Source: Halobacteriaceae archaeon | GTDB lineage: Archaea; Halobacteriota; Halobacteria; Halobacteriales; Halobacteriaceae | Direction of reading: 5' to 3' | Length of the DNA stretch: 64,000 nucleotides | NCBI GenBank assembly: GCA_042216675.1 | Contig: JBDGTS010000003.1 | Location: 61,477 to 125,476 of the forward strand | Part shown: one piece after another, positions 60,047-64,000 of the stretch | Position numbering within the stretch: position 1 is the stretch's first letter | How the letters are laid out: each line of letters begins with the position of its first letter | Program-made: the position numbers and the translations under genes | Notes under the pieces: generated by a model | The model's input: only the letters and a program-made list of their open reading frames with translations | Databases searched by the model: none | Told to the model about the DNA's origin: nothing

Positions 60047-60720
60047 GTCCAGAGGCGACGGACCCGGGCGGCAATCTCCGGGTACGCGTCACGGAGCGCC
60101 GCGGGGTCGGTTTCGCCGTCGACGTTGACGACGTGGACCTCCCCGCGCCGCCCGCCGTACACGTCCTGAAAGTCGTAGACTGCGCCGACGGCCGTCACGT
60201 CGTCGGGGATTGCGTCGCACGCCAGCAGGGACTCCACCTGCCGGTCGACGTTGTACTCGACGAGGCGATTGATGGCGACGGGCCGGGCCACGTCCTCGGG
60301 GAGGGCGTCGATGCCCCCCGCGATGTCTCGTTCCAGTAGCGCGATGCAGTGTTCGATGCCCGGCGGTTCCGAGACGGCGCCGGTCAGGGCGTCGTAGGTG
60401 GCCGTGACGGCGCCACAGCCGGTGTGGCCCACCACGATGGCCGTGTCGGTGCCAGTGTGGACGATGGGGTAGAGCACGTCGCCCGAGACAGTCGTCCCCG
60501 CTCGCGTCCGTTGGACGACGCGGTTTCCGATGTTGCTGCACGTGAACACGCGCCCCGGCTCGTCGTTGCCCCACATGTGGTCCTGAAGCACGCGGGAGTC
60601 CGAGCAACAGATGGTGACCGCATCCGGTCGTTGCCCGTCCTGTAAGTCGCCGAAGGAGTCCTCGAACGCGTCCGCGTGGGCGGCGTTCCGTTCGAGGAGT
60701 TCGACGACTGCCTCGTTCAT
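60040..60720 (-). CDS. beta-class carbonic anhydrase
   Basis: CSDSR, NIGN, GHTGCGA. Confidence 0.9.
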   Translation of the reverse strand: MNEAVVELLERNAAHADAFEDSFGDLQDGQRPDAVTICCSDSRVLQDHMWGNDEPGRVFTCSNIGNRVVQRTRAGTTVSGDVLYPIVHTGTDTAIVVGHTGCGAVTATYDALTGAVSEPPGIEHCIALLERDIAGGIDALPEDVARPVAINRLVEYNVDRQVESLLACDAIPDDVTAVGAVYDFQDVYGGRRGEVHVVNVDGETDPAALRDAYPEIAARVRRLWTY

Positions 60721-60762
60721 AGCCAACGGTGTGAGGCGAATGAGTAGATTCCTTCGGTTCCG

Positions 60763-61275
60763 TCAGTCCCCGCGGTACAGAGGGTGGGTATCGCCGACCA
60801 CCGCTCGAAACGCGGCGAGGACTGCCGCGTGCGTCTCCACGAGGACGACGACGGAGACGACGATGACCGCGACTTGCGCCGGGGCCGGGAGCAGACCCAA
60901 CGAGACGATGAGCGTCGTCGCGCAGGCTGGCGGGTGGTTCGCGTCCGCGGCCATCATCCCCCAACTGGTGAGTATCACCGAGCAGACCCCGCTCGCGACG
61001 AGGCGGAATCCCGCGCCCGAGAGCGGCGCTGCGACGGTCAGCCCGACCCCGTGGCCCAGAATCGTGTACGTCACCAGCCCCGCGACGGCGCCGATGACGT
61101 GGGCGACGACGACGGTGCGCCGCGTGTTCTCGATGCGCCGCCGGAACGCCAGCGCGAACGCCGAGGGGCCGAGACTCGGGAAGACGAACGGCTCGCCGCT
61201 CACCCACGCGACGGCGCCGAGCACCGTGAACAGCAGGCCCGCGTACAGCCCTGTTCCGACCGCTCGCCGGTCCAT
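60763..61275 (-). CDS. HPP family membrane protein
   Basis: FPSLGPSAF, HPPACATTL. Confidence 0.88.
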   Translation of the reverse strand: MDRRAVGTGLYAGLLFTVLGAVAWVSGEPFVFPSLGPSAFALAFRRRIENTRRTVVVAHVIGAVAGLVTYTILGHGVGLTVAAPLSGAGFRLVASGVCSVILTSWGMMAADANHPPACATTLIVSLGLLPAPAQVAVIVVSVVVLVETHAAVLAAFRAVVGDTHPLYRGD

Positions 61276-61373
61276 ACCCGACCACGGCCCAGCAGCCGAA
61301 AGTGACTGACGGATTCTCCTGCACGCAGTGCCCCTTCCGCGCCGCTCTTTTCCACCCCACCGTAAGTGACGGT

Positions 61374-62417
61374 ATGGCGACGACCAACCGCAAATATCTG
61401 CTCGCGAAGCGACCCGAGGGCGTCCCCGACCGCGACACGTTCGAACTCGTCGAAGAGGACGTGCCCGACCCCGACCCGGGCGAGGCGCTGGTCCGAACGC
61501 TGTATCTCTCCGTGGATCCGTACATGCGCGGGCGGATGAACGCCGGCGAGTCCTACGCCGACCCGTGGAAAGTCGGCGAACCGATGGAAGGGGGCGTCGT
61601 CGGGGAAGTCGTCGAGGCGAACGGCGCCGACTTCGAACCGGGCGACGTCGTGGTCGGCGACCTCGAGTGGGCGGAGTACGCCACGGCTTCCGGGTCGGAC
61701 CTACAGGAAGTCGACCCCTCGCTCGCCCCCGTCTCGACGGCGCTGGGCGTCCTCGGGATGCCCGGCCGGACGGCCTACTTCGGGACGCGGGAGGTCCTCG
61801 AACCCGGCCCCGAGGACACCGTCGTCGTCACCGGCGCGGCGGGGGCCGTCGGCTCCGTCGCCGGTCAGATCGCGGCGCTCTCGGGCGCCCGCGTCGTCGG
61901 CTTCGCCGGGTCCGACGAGAAGGTGGCGTTCCTCGAAGACGAACTGGGCTTCGACGCCGGTATCAACTACAAGGCGACGGACGACTACGCTGCGGCGCTC
62001 GATTCGGCGGCCCCGGACGGCGTCGACGCCTTCTTCGACAACGTCGGCGGCGAGATCACCGACGCCGTGTTCACGCGCCTGAACCTCGACGCCACAGTCG
62101 CCGTCTGCGGCCAGATTGCCCTCTACAACGCCGAAGAGGTGCCGACCGGCCCGCGGAAACTCCGCCACCTCATCTCCACGCGGGCGTCCGTCGAGGGCTT
62201 TCTCGTCTGGGACTTCCAGCCCCGGTTCGCGGAGGCGACGGAGACGCTCGCGGAGTGGGTCCAGTCCGGCGAGATTCAGTACCGCGAAACGGTCACTGAC
62301 GGCATCGAGAACGCGCCCGACGCCTTCCTCGGCCTGTTCGAGGGCGAGAACGTTGGGAAGCAGTTGGTGAAGGTCGGGGAGCGAGAGACCGAGGGCAGTT
62401 CACTCGACAGTCACTGA
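61374..62417 (+). CDS. NADP-dependent oxidoreductase (MDR, CurA/LTB4DH-like)
   Basis: LSVDPYMRGRM, GMPGRTAY, GAAGAVG, FDNVGG. Confidence 0.92.
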   Translation: MATTNRKYLLAKRPEGVPDRDTFELVEEDVPDPDPGEALVRTLYLSVDPYMRGRMNAGESYADPWKVGEPMEGGVVGEVVEANGADFEPGDVVVGDLEWAEYATASGSDLQEVDPSLAPVSTALGVLGMPGRTAYFGTREVLEPGPEDTVVVTGAAGAVGSVAGQIAALSGARVVGFAGSDEKVAFLEDELGFDAGINYKATDDYAAALDSAAPDGVDAFFDNVGGEITDAVFTRLNLDATVAVCGQIALYNAEEVPTGPRKLRHLISTRASVEGFLVWDFQPRFAEATETLAEWVQSGEIQYRETVTDGIENAPDAFLGLFEGENVGKQLVKVGERETEGSSLDSH

Positions 62418-63212
62418 CTTCTTTAGCCGTGCGGCGCCCCAGTCGAGAACAGCGTCGATGCTGTCCGCGCTCTCGGGATAGTGTGGCTCGACCCGGGCGG
62501 TGTGGGTCCGTCCCTCGCCCACCGGGACGGTGACCGTGACCTCGTCGAAGTCCGAGAGCGACCCCGCACCGAACTCGGCCACGAACTGGCCCGCCGGGTC
62601 GCCCGTGTTCTCGACGGTGAACGACGCCTCGAACGCGGCGCCGCGACTGACCGAGTCGGGGACGGCGAACGACCGCACGGAGAAGTCCGGGGCGCGTCCG
62701 AACCGCTCGACCGCCGCCGTCGGAAGGCGCCACGACGCGTCTGGTCCGTCGGACTGGGGCCACACGACGCGCGCCGACTCGGCGTCCCGAATCGGGACCG
62801 GAATCGCGACGCGCCCTGATTCGCCGGCATCCACTCCCGGCGGATACGCGCGATAGGTGTGGTGGCCCTCGTCCGGATACCGGGTCCCGTCGACGTCGAG
62901 AGTGAACTCCGGCGGGCCCTCCACTCCCGTCGCATCGGCCTCGACGACGGCGAACTGGGGATTTTCCAGCCACGCCACGTCGACGTGCGTCGAACTGCCG
63001 GCCGTCGTGGACCGAACGAGGCGGTGAACCGTCACGTCCTGCACTGTCATGGCCGCGCCGGACCCGTCGTCGTATGTCTCGCCGAGGGAAAGCGCCTCCG
63101 CTCCCGTCGTCGTGTCCGCCGGCGACGTGCCCGTGAGACTGCTAGAGCCCGCGAGCAGGGTCGTCGAACTTCCGAGCAGGCCGAGGACGCGCCGCCGGGA
63201 CCGCTCTGGCAT
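62400..63212 (-). CDS. Tat-exported hypothetical protein
   Basis: SRRRVL twin-arginine signal followed by LAGS. Confidence 0.75.
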   Translation of the reverse strand: MPERSRRRVLGLLGSSTTLLAGSSSLTGTSPADTTTGAEALSLGETYDDGSGAAMTVQDVTVHRLVRSTTAGSSTHVDVAWLENPQFAVVEADATGVEGPPEFTLDVDGTRYPDEGHHTYRAYPPGVDAGESGRVAIPVPIRDAESARVVWPQSDGPDASWRLPTAAVERFGRAPDFSVRSFAVPDSVSRGAAFEASFTVENTGDPAGQFVAEFGAGSLSDFDEVTVTVPVGEGRTHTARVEPHYPESADSIDAVLDWGAARLKKSVTVE

Positions 63213-63267
63213 GTGCTTCGAGAGTGACAACCCCACAATGGGCCTTGTGGTACCGCTCGTCGCTCAC

Positions 63268-63534
63268 TCACCGCCGCCCGAAGTCGACGGCGACAATCAG
63301 GAGGATGCCCACTGCGCACGCAACGAGCCAGTAGTGCCACTCGCCGGGGAACCCCAGTCCGGCGATTGAGAGCGCGGGCGCGATTGCGAGGACGACGAAC
63401 GCCGCCGCGACGTGGTCTTTTCTGTCGGGATACAGCACCGCGGCGAGCGCCACGACGCCGACACCGACGAGCAGAGCGCCTATCTCTGCCGGGCGCGAGA
63501 ACGCCGTCTCGACCCAGTACTGGAGGTCGGGCAT
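63268..63534 (-). CDS. small membrane protein
   Basis: Three hydrophobic segments. Confidence 0.6.
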   Translation of the reverse strand: MPDLQYWVETAFSRPAEIGALLVGVGVVALAAVLYPDRKDHVAAAFVVLAIAPALSIAGLGFPGEWHYWLVACAVGILLIVAVDFGRR

Positions 63535-63659
63535 ACGGTCCACTCGTCGCGCCGTGACTTAACGGTGGGATTCAGGCCCTCGCCCTTCCGAGCCGCTGCG
63601 ATAACTCACAGGCGATTTTCAGTCTGGCCAACGTCCTTTATGCCGACTCGCGTACGCTT

Positions 63660-63810
63660 ACCCGGGTTGGTACCGCCACCGGCCCACCGACGCGGCGTGA
63701 CCGCCCGTCGTCGCTCGAAGCGCCACCGGCGGTCACGTCCCGCGGTTGCACGCCCGATGGGAGCCTCTCTTTCCCGCCCCCGACCCCCCACCACTCTCCC
63801 ATCGGGGGAA
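63660..63810 (+). ncRNA. candidate intergenic sRNA with two hairpins
   Basis: TTTATG at ~63637; stems 63696-705/63728-37 and 63753-63/63796-806. Confidence 0.35.
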
Positions 63811-63888
63811 TCCACTCCGTTCGGTGAGAAATCGAGGCGCAACAGACCTGTCGCCGTGGCTCGGAGCGTGTGAGGGAACGAGAGAAAG

Positions 63889-63987
63889 AGCCGGTGGAGG
63901 GGATTGTGAACCGCGGTCGCGACGCTACGCGTCGCTCTCTGGTTCAAATCCCACCGCTTTCGCTGCTCACGTTCGTTCGCAGCAGAA
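63889..63987 (-). repeat. echo of a tRNA 3' end with inverted T-arm copy and hairpins
   Basis: AGCCGGTGGAGGG at 63889 and 63988; GGTTCAAATCCC at 63941-52; GCGACGC/GCGTCGC hairpin. Confidence 0.8.
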
Positions 63988-64000
63988 AGCCGGTGGAGGG
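63988..64000 (-). tRNA. 3' end of a tRNA, probably tRNA-Thr (rest lies outside the window)
   Basis: Minus strand CCCTC-CACCGGC-T = T-stem 3' side, acceptor strand, U discriminator; anticodon not visible. Confidence 0.5.

Noticed and set aside
1-64000. Many long Arg/Pro-rich or antisense ORFs in the track (e.g. 2159-4177, 8419-10317, 27785-29584, 58129-60339)
   Set aside because: Shadow frames of GC-rich genes; non-halophilic composition and fully overlapping recognisable CDSs.

Overview
High-GC haloarchaeal (class Halobacteria) chromosomal DNA, judged from acidic proteins, archaeal ribosomal and RNA polymerase genes, and TATA boxes about 25 bp before leaderless starts. It is mostly core genome. 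The main blocks are lrpA1-porBA and mrp; the tRNA-Ser-rps13...rpoD-tRNA-Leu-rpl18e...eno-rps2-mvk-ipk cluster; rnj-idsA-gltX; tmcA; rpl7ae-rps28e-rpl24e-ndk; split MetE; ksgA-rpoF-rpl21e-aEF1b; nop5-fibrillarin-gshA-coaD; dacZ-mscS; and aroK-chorismate mutase. Accessory catabolic and transport genes are interspersed. I saw no transposase, integrase, CRISPR array or rRNA. Most notable: (1) a divergent but motif-complete histidyl-tRNA synthetase carried in one ORF with a ~260-aa N-terminal domain that looks by eye like a degenerate short ATP-phosphoribosyltransferase (HisG), with an internal TATA box that could also yield free HisRS. (2) Three ~100-bp-period 3'-end 'echo' structures, after tRNA-Leu(TAG), the xylonate dehydratase gene and a probable tRNA-Thr, in which the gene's own 3' end is re-copied inverted and then direct around small hairpins. 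(3) Several strongly paired intergenic or leader RNA candidates (rnj leader, rpl7ae leader, downstream of fibrillarin, ~63.7 kb). (4) Zinc-finger microproteins too short for the ORF track, and a decaying copper-storage locus. All family assignments are by-eye motif recognition; no searches were run.
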